Below, one piece after another: positions 33,263 to 40,871 of a stretch of DNA of 40,871 nucleotides (its first letter is position 1; each line of letters opens with the position of its first letter). The stretch covers positions 1-40,871 of IMG/VR virus record IMGVR_UViG_3300049023_000043. The stretch is one strand, 5' to 3'. This DNA comes from a virus (taxonomy: Duplodnaviria; Caudoviricetes). The notes under the pieces are model-generated. The model was not told where the DNA came from, made no database searches, and was given only the letters and a program-made list of their open reading frames with translations. Made by a program: the position numbers and the translations under genes.

Positions 33263-33876
33263 GGCGCCCTCTTGAATACAAACGTACCGATCGAGTCTCG
33301 ACCGATATCAGATTCCATCTCGTTTTGCTCTACCAGCTCGAAACCAAAGTGCGCCATAAAATTCTGTAGCCCTTCGTTTGTCCAATACCAAAAATGCTCG
33401 CCTGGCTTGAAGTGCTTAGAGGCCAGAACGTCTTGAACGCCATCATAAATCGGGCACGAAACAAATACAAATTCTTTCGCGCCAGCAAGCAAGCTAGTGG
33501 GGTCTGGAATATGCTCTAAGCTATCCCAGAACGTCAAGGCTTCGACCGGACGCTCCGCATCGGGCGTGCGGTACAAGCCTCGTTGCGCAAGCCATTCGAT
33601 TGCGTGCGGGTTGATGTCGCAACCGTAGATACCGTCCCGAGACTCGCAAAAAGCGCCCGAGCCTATGCCCACGTCGATAACGGTGCCGTTCGTGTACTTG
33701 GCGACCAGCCCAGAACGGGCGACCGTGAGATCGATGCCGATTCGGGTGTTGCGCAGGCTTTGGTAATACTCGAAGTAGCTGCGGTCATACGGCACCGCAG
33801 GCGCATCAAGGTAACCGATGCCTATCTGCTCGAGCCACTGTAGTTTGTTAGACGCAAAGTGCTTGAATTTCGTCAA
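33259..33876 (-). CDS. Class I SAM-dependent methyltransferase (glycan-cluster type)
   Basis: VIDVGIGSG, GCDIN, WDSLEHIPDP and EH.WY motifs; TTG start with an AACGGAGA RBS. Confidence 0.85.
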   Translation of the reverse strand: MTKFKHFASNKLQWLEQIGIGYLDAPAVPYDRSYFEYYQSLRNTRIGIDLTVARSGLVAKYTNGTVIDVGIGSGAFCESRDGIYGCDINPHAIEWLAQRGLYRTPDAERPVEALTFWDSLEHIPDPTSLLAGAKEFVFVSCPIYDGVQDVLASKHFKPGEHFWYWTNEGLQNFMAHFGFELVEQNEMESDIGRDSIGTFVFKRAP

Positions 33877-34711
33877 AATAAGTCTCCGTTTTTGTCTGGA
33901 AGTCCGAGATGGTTTTGTCGCAAAGATGCCTAGATGCTTTGCACCGGCAAAACCGATCGGGCTCGATGAAAGTGATGTGATGAATGTCCTGAGAAGGCGG
34001 AGCGATGATCTCGGGCGCATTGAATCCACCATTGCCGCCCAAGATGCACACCAAGGGGGTCTTGTTGGCCAGGCATGCCGGAACGATGAAGCCTACGCCC
34101 CCTACGACCAGATCCGCGTGTTGCAGTAGCCCCAAAAGCTTCGGCGTATCGAGCTCGCCAGCGTGATAGACGATATCCGCATAGGGCAATGGCTCCAATG
34201 CGTATTCTTCGTCCCCTTCTAAGTCGGCCACGGAGACGATCGTATAAAAGCGCCTAGCGTATTCTACGAATTGCGCGAGGTACTCTGGCTTTGGGTTGCG
34301 TGAATACGCGGGCCACTCTCGCCGAATGGTGGCAGGCCGCACGACCAAATAGGGCCGAGTAAGCCCTGGTAAAGGGTCGAAATCCGGCAAGTCCATCAGC
34401 GCTTCGGGTAAGGAATAGGCTCGGGACAAACTACCTAGCATGCCGATTCTATCTACCTCATTCGGATCATACTTGGGCCGGATATGCCCCGTGCCTAGCG
34501 GCACGGTTTGGTATTGATGCCGAGCTATGTTCTTTTGTTGGGTACGCAGAATCGTTTTAGGCTCTACGAACGCGACTGGCAAGTCCGAAAACAACTCTGG
34601 CCACGAGGTCTCGACAAACAACTCATGAGTCTTGGCAAGCTGCTTGATGAATGGCCGATGGTAGATGTTATCGCCAAGGCCGAACTGGCAGATGACGTGT
34701 AGCCGCTTCAT
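33848..34711 (-). CDS. GT-B glycosyltransferase, GT9 (heptosyltransferase)-like
   Basis: GLGDNI..P..L N-terminal motif and LL..ADLVVG....A.A.KTP.V..GG C-terminal motif. Confidence 0.75.
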   Translation of the reverse strand: MKRLHVICQFGLGDNIYHRPFIKQLAKTHELFVETSWPELFSDLPVAFVEPKTILRTQQKNIARHQYQTVPLGTGHIRPKYDPNEVDRIGMLGSLSRAYSLPEALMDLPDFDPLPGLTRPYLVVRPATIRREWPAYSRNPKPEYLAQFVEYARRFYTIVSVADLEGDEEYALEPLPYADIVYHAGELDTPKLLGLLQHADLVVGGVGFIVPACLANKTPLVCILGGNGGFNAPEIIAPPSQDIHHITFIEPDRFCRCKASRHLCDKTISDFQTKTETYFDEIQALCV

Positions 34712-35316
34712 GCCAAAGTCTCGATGGGCTTACGGTCAAAACACGTCAGAGCCGTATCGGGCGAACAGTTAATGACCTCTACGCCCTCGGCTTTAAGCTC
34801 GATTGCGATTTGTTCGAAGTGCTTGCGCCAGATTTCGTAAGGCTGGATTTGCGTCAGGCCCTTCGGATGCTGCCCAAACCAGTGATCCTTGCCGTCCACG
34901 GGTTTACAGTCGAAGCCGACCAAGATAATACGCTTGGCACCCCAGAGGTACGCGAGATTCATCGCTTGGTAGCCGGAGTTGCCCCCGAAATGCACGCAGT
35001 CGCGCCCTAGCCCAGACTGGCTACGTCCGAGTACCCAATTAAGACCGAATTGTTTTTTGGCGTTGAGATCCTGCGTCCATAGCTCCATATCGAGAAGCTT
35101 AAAAGCCTCGTTATAGTGGAGCTTCCACCACTTCAAGTCACAAGCGTACAGCACGTCCGCAAACGGGACGCGCTGCCACGTATCGTTGACCGCGATTACT
35201 TTCCAGCCGGCTTTTTCAGCGTGGTCGATTTGACCTTGGTAGAGGGAGTTGCCGCTTGCGAAGATGCAGACCGTTTCCCCTCGCCACCTTCTGCCGAAGT
35301 TGGGGAGGAACTGGAT
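34708..35316 (-). CDS. DUF115/Maf/CstII-fold glycosyltransferase-like domain, entered by -1 frameshift
   Basis: Frame open well upstream of the track start: TVCIFASGNSL...VIAVND...AD.LYACD..WW...NSGYQAMNLAYLWGAKRIILVGFD; no ATG/GTG/TTG before these motifs. Confidence 0.75.
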   Translation of the reverse strand: MQFLPNFGRRWRGETVCIFASGNSLYQGQIDHAEKAGWKVIAVNDTWQRVPFADVLYACDLKWWKLHYNEAFKLLDMELWTQDLNAKKQFGLNWVLGRSQSGLGRDCVHFGGNSGYQAMNLAYLWGAKRIILVGFDCKPVDGKDHWFGQHPKGLTQIQPYEIWRKHFEQIAIELKAEGVEVINCSPDTALTCFDRKPIETLA

Positions 35317-35492
35317 TTTTTTGGGTCGGTTTCCTTGGCGGGCTTGTCGTTGGAAACGTACTCGGCCACACCGATCGCCACGAGTTCATCGGCAATGTTG
35401 GGCGGCACGTAGAATAGCTGTTTCTTGTTGACCGATCCGGCCCAGCGATTGACGAAACTGGATTTGGCGCGAAGCTGTACTGATTCAGGCAT
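35196..35492 (-). CDS. Small capsid-adjacent protein (98 aa; first 59 aa shared with the frameshift fusion)
   Basis: AACGGAGA RBS; immediately after the capsid gene; A.ELV..G.AE motif. Confidence 0.8.
   Translation of the reverse strand: MPESVQLRAKSSFVNRWAGSVNKKQLFYVPPNIADELVAIGVAEYVSNDKPAKETDPKKSSSSPTSAEGGEGKRSASSQAATPSTKVKSTTLKKPAGK
35277..35325 (-). other. Predicted -1 frameshift signal: C CCA AAA AAA + 5-nt spacer + hairpin
   Basis: Slippery run at 35325-35316; stem TTCCTCCCCAACTTC/GAAGGTGGCGAGGGG (35310-35277). Confidence 0.7.
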
Positions 35493-35520
35493 GATGGCTC
35501 TCCGTTGAGTGAAGCGATAC

Positions 35521-35548
35521 AAAAGAGCCCCCTGTTGCCAAGGGGCTC
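35521..35548 (-). terminator. Intrinsic terminator after the major capsid gene
   Basis: GAGCCCCTTG-GCAA-CAGGGGGCTC-TTTT. Confidence 0.75.
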
Positions 35549-35559
35549 GATTTTACCGC

Positions 35560-36924
35560 TTAGAACGAACCCTTGATGAAGGCGCTCGGACGGTAAACCG
35601 TCAGAGCCAGGCGTTCTTCAACCAGCAAGGTCGCCATGTTCTTCACGAAGTTGTCGCTGTTCTCGAAGGACAGCAACATCTGAGCGTCCATACGATCCCA
35701 GATTTGAGCGCCCATGGTGAAGGCACCTACCAGGAAAGTACCTGCGGCGATCGAGTTGGTAGGGATCACACGCATGCCCCAGAGTTGCGGGCCAGCCGGC
35801 ATAGCCGGGTTTGCCCAGATGTATTGACCATCGGTAGCCTTGGTCAGCTCGATGGTTTCCCAATCGGCAGGGTTCAAGACAACCGTGTCCATCATGTACT
35901 CGGACAGCGCACCTTGGGTCATCGCACGACGGATCGTGTCGATGTTGGTATCGCCGGTTTCAGCGCGGTTGTAAGCCACGTTGTTGCCGGTGTCCAGCAG
36001 GCCGGAGATGTTGGAACCGGTGCCGTCGCCGTTCAAGAGCTGGTCTTCTTCTTCCAGCTTCAAGCCGTACATCAGACGACCGTTGACGAAGCCTTGCAGC
36101 ATCGGCGCATCGTCCAGCACTTGCTTGGAAACAGGAATCCAGTGAGCCAGCGTGACGACCGGAGCGTTGGCCAGCTCGAAGGTGATACCGGATTCGGGCT
36201 TGGTCACGTTTTCACGGTTTGGCGAGCTGTACTGAGGGCCTGCGTTGTTGGTGAAGACCAACTCGCGGGTGTACTGCACCAGGTTGGAAGTGGTGCGGCC
36301 TACTGGCAGCGCGTCACGGATGGTGAAACGGCGATTTGGCTCGTTGATGATGCCTGGAACGCGCATATCTTGAACCAAAGGCTGATTCTGGCCGGTCGCG
36401 TTGACGATAGCGGCCTTGATCTCCATACGTGCGGTGCCGCCACGACGAGTTTGCAGAGCCTTGAAGTCGTCGGTCTCGGTGAAGAGCTCGCCCAGGGACT
36501 TGACGACTTGGATCTTCTTGTCGTTTTGAGCGGTCATCTTTTGCTCAAGCGACATGCACTTGTCGGTCAACTCGATACCCTTGGCAGACAGGGCTTCGAT
36601 AGCGGCCTTGGTCTCTACAGAAACGCTTTTGGCGTTCTTGAGTTCCTCGTCAGCCTTGAGCAAAAAGCCCTTCAGCTCAGCGATAGTGCTCAGCAATTCG
36701 GTTTGCTTGTCGGCCAGAGACTTGATCTGGGTCATCATTGCAGGGTCAACGTCATACAGGATGAAGCCCACTGAAGCCATGTAGTTCGTGACCGCATGGA
36801 AAGCCGTGAAGGCCAGATCAGTACCGACAGAAACGGCGGTGTTTTTTACGGCTACTGCCGCGTTTGCCAGGGGCGCCATCGCCAAAGCGATCATGGCGCC
36901 GATAGCCAAAAAGGTCTTTTTCAT
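35560..36924 (-). CDS. HK97-fold major capsid protein with a hydrophobic N-terminal extension
   Basis: Coiled-coil delta domain; E...KPES.ITF, AHWIPVSKQVLDD and EERLAL.V.RP.AF motifs; AGGAG SD. Confidence 0.95.
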   Translation of the reverse strand: MKKTFLAIGAMIALAMAPLANAAVAVKNTAVSVGTDLAFTAFHAVTNYMASVGFILYDVDPAMMTQIKSLADKQTELLSTIAELKGFLLKADEELKNAKSVSVETKAAIEALSAKGIELTDKCMSLEQKMTAQNDKKIQVVKSLGELFTETDDFKALQTRRGGTARMEIKAAIVNATGQNQPLVQDMRVPGIINEPNRRFTIRDALPVGRTTSNLVQYTRELVFTNNAGPQYSSPNRENVTKPESGITFELANAPVVTLAHWIPVSKQVLDDAPMLQGFVNGRLMYGLKLEEEDQLLNGDGTGSNISGLLDTGNNVAYNRAETGDTNIDTIRRAMTQGALSEYMMDTVVLNPADWETIELTKATDGQYIWANPAMPAGPQLWGMRVIPTNSIAAGTFLVGAFTMGAQIWDRMDAQMLLSFENSDNFVKNMATLLVEERLALTVYRPSAFIKGSF

Positions 36925-37604
36925 TTTGTTTCTCCTAAAGATAACGTGAGTGGTGGTAAATCGATAAGCCGCTTGAGTTCTGCCATCACTTTTTCGTCTC
37001 CGAGACGCTTGGGCTCAGCCCCAAGAATCTTTTTTGATCGGGCAAGGATAGCTACTGCAAGCCCTTTTGAAAACCCCCCTGCCTCACGCAAGAAAGCCTC
37101 TAAATCTTGAATCGTCTCGATACTGTCGAGCTCGCCCTTGACCGATTCGAGGTCGATACGGGCGTTGGAGTCAGCCGGGAACGTCACGGCGCTGATCTCG
37201 ATAAGCTCAGACACGTTTTTGATGTGGCGGCGCCCCTCGATGACTTCGAAGTCTTCCTTGGACATACGGAAGCCGATGGAAAGGCCGTCCACGGTGCCAT
37301 GGAGCATCGCGGCGCGTACCATCTCGGCACGCGGATGGTTCGGGGTGAACTCTCCCTTGACGTAGAGGCCCTTGGCGTCTTCCATCATCTGTGTCCACTT
37401 GCCGATCGGGATGTCCCAAGAGCGATGGTTCTCGAACATCTTGGGCATGCGGCCGGATTTGACCACGTTGGCGAAGGCGCCTCGCTCGATCGTGTCATTA
37501 TAGGAGTCAACGCCTCCGAAAACGGAAGCGTAGCCCTCGAACGTGGCATTGTTCTGTGCGAATTTCAGCTCAATGTTACTGAGCGATGTCGTTAGTCGCT
37601 GCAT
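36921..37604 (-). CDS. HK97-type prohead protease
   Basis: FEGYASVFGGVDSY.D.I..GAF, GLSIGF and EISAVTFPA motifs. Confidence 0.93.
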   Translation of the reverse strand: MQRLTTSLSNIELKFAQNNATFEGYASVFGGVDSYNDTIERGAFANVVKSGRMPKMFENHRSWDIPIGKWTQMMEDAKGLYVKGEFTPNHPRAEMVRAAMLHGTVDGLSIGFRMSKEDFEVIEGRRHIKNVSELIEISAVTFPADSNARIDLESVKGELDSIETIQDLEAFLREAGGFSKGLAVAILARSKKILGAEPKRLGDEKVMAELKRLIDLPPLTLSLGETK

Positions 37605-38814
37605 TGCCGGCTCCCTGTATCTGGCCCAACTTATCAAGTGGAGCGAGGTTGACCTGCGCGGTCAAGATCTCGCCTCCGTCCATCGGTGCGTCATTCTCCA
37701 ACTGGCGGCACTCATTCCGCGTTTTGAGGCCATTCTGCACCGCTTTTGCGTAAATTTCCATACGATCCTTGAGATTCGAGCGGAGCAAAGCGTCCAAGCT
37801 AAACTCAGCGGTCATCGTAGCGCGCTGGGCGGCCGTAAAGACGCGCTTTCTCAAGGCTTGTTCGAAGTTTACCAGCAAGGGACGCAATTTGAAACGATAG
37901 AAGAACTCAGCGAGGTCGCTGTTGTTGCCGTAAGGCACCTTGTTGGTCACATCGTTGATCAGCAAGCTTGGGACGCCAAACCAGCGAGCGATATCCTCGA
38001 CCGAGAAGCGACGAGTCTCCAAAAGCTGTACCTCGGCCGGCGAAAGTGCCAGCGGCTCGAACTTGGCGCCCGCTTCGAGCACCAAAAGATCGTCCGCTTC
38101 GGACTCGGTGAGCCCCTTGAAGTTAGCGCGCACTTGGGCACGCTGTTCCGGCGTCAAGGTCTTGTCAATCATGAATACGCCAGGGCGCCGGTTGTCGTTG
38201 GCGTAGAGCTTCGCGGTGGCGTCCTGGGCGTTTACCGCTACCCCGACCGAAGACTTCATGTAATCGATACGGGACATGCCGATAACCCCGTTACCCTTGT
38301 CTCGTAAGTGCAGGATGCTTTGGTCGGAGTAGACGATTATTTTGCCGTCGATGTAGTAGCTGTACGTGATCGCCCCGTTGGCCAGCAACTCGACCTGGAT
38401 CTGGTCGGCAGCAAGCGGCCACATGGCGATGACTTCCCCTGCATCGTTCCGTGCGAGACGTGCGTAGGCGTTGCCTCGCATGAGAAAGTTGAAGATCATG
38501 ACCTGCCAGAACTCCATGGCCGTGTGACGGGAGTTGGGCGCCTCGTACAAGAGCATCCAGAGCGGCGTTTCTCGTGCCAATTCTCGGTCGCCGTTGGACT
38601 TTTTGCGGTAAACGAATAGCGGGAGGCTTGCGATGGTGTCACAAAGTAGCTCGACACAGGCCCAAACGCTGGAAACCTGCATCGCCCCATCGATATCGAC
38701 GGTTTTGTTGTTCTTGTAGACGTTGGTGAGGGGTCGTGTGTCCTGAATACCCTTGTTTTGGGTCGTCGCCCCGATTGAACCTAGCCAGCTCAAAAATCGT
38801 CCAAAAAATTGCAT
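37576..38814 (-). CDS. HK97-type portal protein
   Basis: VWACV..L..IASLP, GNAYA, IARWFGVP and NECR..EN..P.GG motifs. Confidence 0.95.
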   Translation of the reverse strand: MQFFGRFLSWLGSIGATTQNKGIQDTRPLTNVYKNNKTVDIDGAMQVSSVWACVELLCDTIASLPLFVYRKKSNGDRELARETPLWMLLYEAPNSRHTAMEFWQVMIFNFLMRGNAYARLARNDAGEVIAMWPLAADQIQVELLANGAITYSYYIDGKIIVYSDQSILHLRDKGNGVIGMSRIDYMKSSVGVAVNAQDATAKLYANDNRRPGVFMIDKTLTPEQRAQVRANFKGLTESEADDLLVLEAGAKFEPLALSPAEVQLLETRRFSVEDIARWFGVPSLLINDVTNKVPYGNNSDLAEFFYRFKLRPLLVNFEQALRKRVFTAAQRATMTAEFSLDALLRSNLKDRMEIYAKAVQNGLKTRNECRQLENDAPMDGGEILTAQVNLAPLDKLGQIQGAGNAATNDIAQ

Positions 38815-38822
38815 TTTCAGCC

Positions 38823-40337
38823 TTATCCCCGAACCGGATTTGCAAGAAACCCGTCCAGATCCTCAGTTTGAGCTTGATTGGGCATTACCCCGATCGCCAT
38901 TGCCAGGCTCACCATACCATCGATGCGCCCCGTTGACTTCGTTTTGACAAATTTGCGGTTACCCGCTGGGTCATTGACGGTCGTAGCGTTCGCGGCACAC
39001 ATGGTGAGCACGGGGTTCGCTCCGTGCCTCAGTTGCTTTTGCAGCAACTTCGACTCCAACTCGCGGATCGCGGGCGACATGGATATGAAGCCCTGCCCAA
39101 ATTCCACGAACTTTTCGAGTTCTTCTGGGCTGAATCCTGCTCGTTCTAGCCATGGTCGCAAAAACTTCATGTTGTACCTATCAAAAGCTAGTTGCTGGAT
39201 GTTATATCTATCAAAGACTTCGCGCAAGGTAGCGGCGATAAATTCATACTCGATACTTCGCCCCGGCGTGGTCGATAAGAAGCCTTGCTTATGCCAAACA
39301 TCGTAGGGCACCCGATCGTTTCGAGACTTTTCGGCCAGGCCTTCCTCGGGTAGCCAGAATTTGCACTCGACCGATCCGTTCTGGGACACCATGACCAGCG
39401 CGGTCAAGTCGGACGTGGAAGACAAGTCGAGGCCAGCGTACAGCGTATCGCCTTCGTCGATCATTGGCGGCAGGGCATTGTCCATCCATACCGAGCGCGC
39501 GACAAACGGGGTCTTGGCTTCCACGCGCTGGTTGCAGACGAGGTTGCGGTAAGTCGCCTCTTTGCTCGGCATACGCTGGGCGTCCCGCATCATCTTGTAG
39601 ACTTCCTCGTGATTCATCAGGTGCCAATTGGGTTGCGCGGCAGCAACGACCTTGGGGTCGAACACATCGGCGTCGATCGGCACCTGGTAGATTCGGCACT
39701 TCACGGTCGGGTCGGCACCGGTTAGCGCGTCATCGATCATGATGGAGAGGAAATCAGCGTCCGTAGCGGCCTGCGTACTGATCACGATGGTGAGCGGGCT
39801 CTCCTGGGCGGCACTCGCGGTCTCTAGGGCCTCAAAAAGCAGGTTGACGGGGCCTTGTACCTGCCCACCTTCATCGTTGATATGAAGAACCGGCGACATA
39901 CCCATGGCGGTCGTGGAGTCGGCGGAAAGTGCCTTGTAGATCGTGCCCAACTCCGCGCAGTAGAGTTCCTTGATGGTGTCGCGGATTCCGACATACTCGA
40001 CCAGCGTGGGCGACATGCGCACCATCTTGGCCGCCAGCTTGAAGAGGACGGCCGCCTGATCCTTACTGTTCGCGGTGGAGTAGAGCTGCCCGTTCATCAC
40101 GGCTTCCGGCCCGACCAGGTGCAACAACACGATCATGCCTGAAAAGGTAGTCTTGGCGTTCTTACGGGGGATAGATAAGACGAATGTGCGGGTCTTGGTA
40201 CCGTAGATGTCTTCCATCCACACCTTTTGCTCCGGACTGAGCACGACCCTCTGGCCGACCAGCTTACCTTCGGGTACGACACAGTGTTGCTCAATCCACC
40301 GTATGTTCCGCAGCGTTCGAGCGGAGAACTTGGCCAA
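38823..40337 (-). CDS. terL: Terminase large subunit
   Basis: PRKNAKT Walker A, DE, ISTQ, GLDLS..DLTA and RIDG motifs. Confidence 0.95.
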   Translation of the reverse strand: MAKFSARTLRNIRWIEQHCVVPEGKLVGQRVVLSPEQKVWMEDIYGTKTRTFVLSIPRKNAKTTFSGMIVLLHLVGPEAVMNGQLYSTANSKDQAAVLFKLAAKMVRMSPTLVEYVGIRDTIKELYCAELGTIYKALSADSTTAMGMSPVLHINDEGGQVQGPVNLLFEALETASAAQESPLTIVISTQAATDADFLSIMIDDALTGADPTVKCRIYQVPIDADVFDPKVVAAAQPNWHLMNHEEVYKMMRDAQRMPSKEATYRNLVCNQRVEAKTPFVARSVWMDNALPPMIDEGDTLYAGLDLSSTSDLTALVMVSQNGSVECKFWLPEEGLAEKSRNDRVPYDVWHKQGFLSTTPGRSIEYEFIAATLREVFDRYNIQQLAFDRYNMKFLRPWLERAGFSPEELEKFVEFGQGFISMSPAIRELESKLLQKQLRHGANPVLTMCAANATTVNDPAGNRKFVKTKSTGRIDGMVSLAMAIGVMPNQAQTEDLDGFLANPVRG

Positions 40338-40784
40338 TTACGTTTCCCAGGGCTTGAGCGGCTTGTTGGCGTTGCGTACCTGCCGGCCAGCGGTCTTAGC
40401 GTCCACGGATTGTTTGGTGATCCGAAGCTTCGTGGCCATGTTCGCGGCGGCACGGCCTTCACGCTCTTGCATGCGCAATAACCAATCGTACCGACCGATA
40501 CCGCCAGGCTGGGAAAGCCACGCTTCATCGAATGTCAGGATCTGCTCGGCCAGAAAATCGCCCTGGACAACGTGGCGGCAGTACAGCGTCATGATCGGAA
40601 TGTGCTCGGGGCCGAAGAAATTGGCGGGCATGGCGTTCACGGTGCGAAGCCATACGTGGCGCTCGGCGTCCGTCAGCGTTACGGGTGGCGGTAAGCGTTC
40701 CTCGACGGTCAGCTCTTTGAGCGCGTCCAGTAAAGGCTCCGCCACCTGCGTCTGTTCACTACCTTTTCGGCCTCGTTGAATCAT
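40338..40784 (-). CDS. terS: Terminase small subunit
   Basis: PP..L...E..VW, LYCRH and ATKLRIT..S motifs; abuts terL. Confidence 0.8.
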   Translation of the reverse strand: MIQRGRKGSEQTQVAEPLLDALKELTVEERLPPPVTLTDAERHVWLRTVNAMPANFFGPEHIPIMTLYCRHVVQGDFLAEQILTFDEAWLSQPGGIGRYDWLLRMQEREGRAAANMATKLRITKQSVDAKTAGRQVRNANKPLKPWET

Positions 40785-40790
40785 GACGCC

Positions 40791-40819
40791 ACTGTAAACA
40801 AGCCGAACCGCTTTGGCAA
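40791..40819 (-). promoter_or_regulatory. Sigma70-like promoter for terS (predicted leaderless mRNA)
   Basis: TTGCCA-17nt-TACAGT-6nt-ATG, no SD. Confidence 0.6.
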
Positions 40820-40847
40820 GGGGTCTCGGTGAAATTGACGTTTAGCA

Positions 40848-40871
40848 AAAGAAGGGGTCGGGGGCGGTAGT
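40848..40871. repeat. 24-nt terminal direct repeat (right copy)
   Basis: Identical to 1-24. Confidence 0.9.

Noticed and set aside
33259-33876. Methyltransferase as a DNA methylase
   Set aside because: Lacks DPPY/NPPY or PC catalytic motifs; the D.LEH..DP pattern fits small-molecule or glycan methyltransferases.
33877-34032. N-terminal 52 aa of the methyltransferase ORF in the track
   Set aside because: Overlaps the GT9-like gene; the TTG at 33876 has a good RBS and is the better start.
35509-36774. 421-aa plus-strand ORF antisense to the capsid gene
   Set aside because: Shadow ORF from strong codon bias in the capsid gene; no motif and no RBS. The same applies to the antisense ORFs over the primase, portal and tape measure genes.
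40848-40871. 24-nt repeat as a biological terminal repeat or att site
   Set aside because: No integrase is present and the terminase/HNH context points to cos packaging; an assembler overlap is the simpler explanation.

Overview
This window is an apparently complete, circularly assembled ~40.85 kb tailed-phage (siphovirus-like) genome. The first 24 nt are repeated exactly at the end. The minus strand carries an HK97-type morphogenesis operon running from 40784 down to ~20900: terS, terL, portal, protease, capsid, connectors, tail, tape measure, a compact tail tip, an SGNH esterase and lysis genes. The centre holds a divergent replication module: an NrS-1-like primase-polymerase/helicase, a TetR-like regulator, a VRR-NUC nuclease, an SF2 helicase, a Cas4-like nuclease, an SSB and a PolA. 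Small accessory genes lie at 0.5-6 kb and 17.6-20.9 kb. I saw no integrase, CI repressor, tRNA or CRISPR array. Four signals stand out. (1) A glycosyltransferase-like/glycosyltransferase/methyltransferase cassette sits between the capsid and head-tail connector genes; its first enzyme has no start codon and appears to be fused to the small capsid-adjacent protein by a -1 ribosomal frameshift. (2) The helicase carries an intein whose putative homing endonuclease is encoded in a different, nested reading frame. (3) Two clusters of SlmA-binding-site-like palindromes flank the leftmost 3 kb. (4) A TTGAC-N6-GTCAA operator overlaps the -35 box of at least six promoters. All family assignments come from reading motifs by eye; no database search was run.
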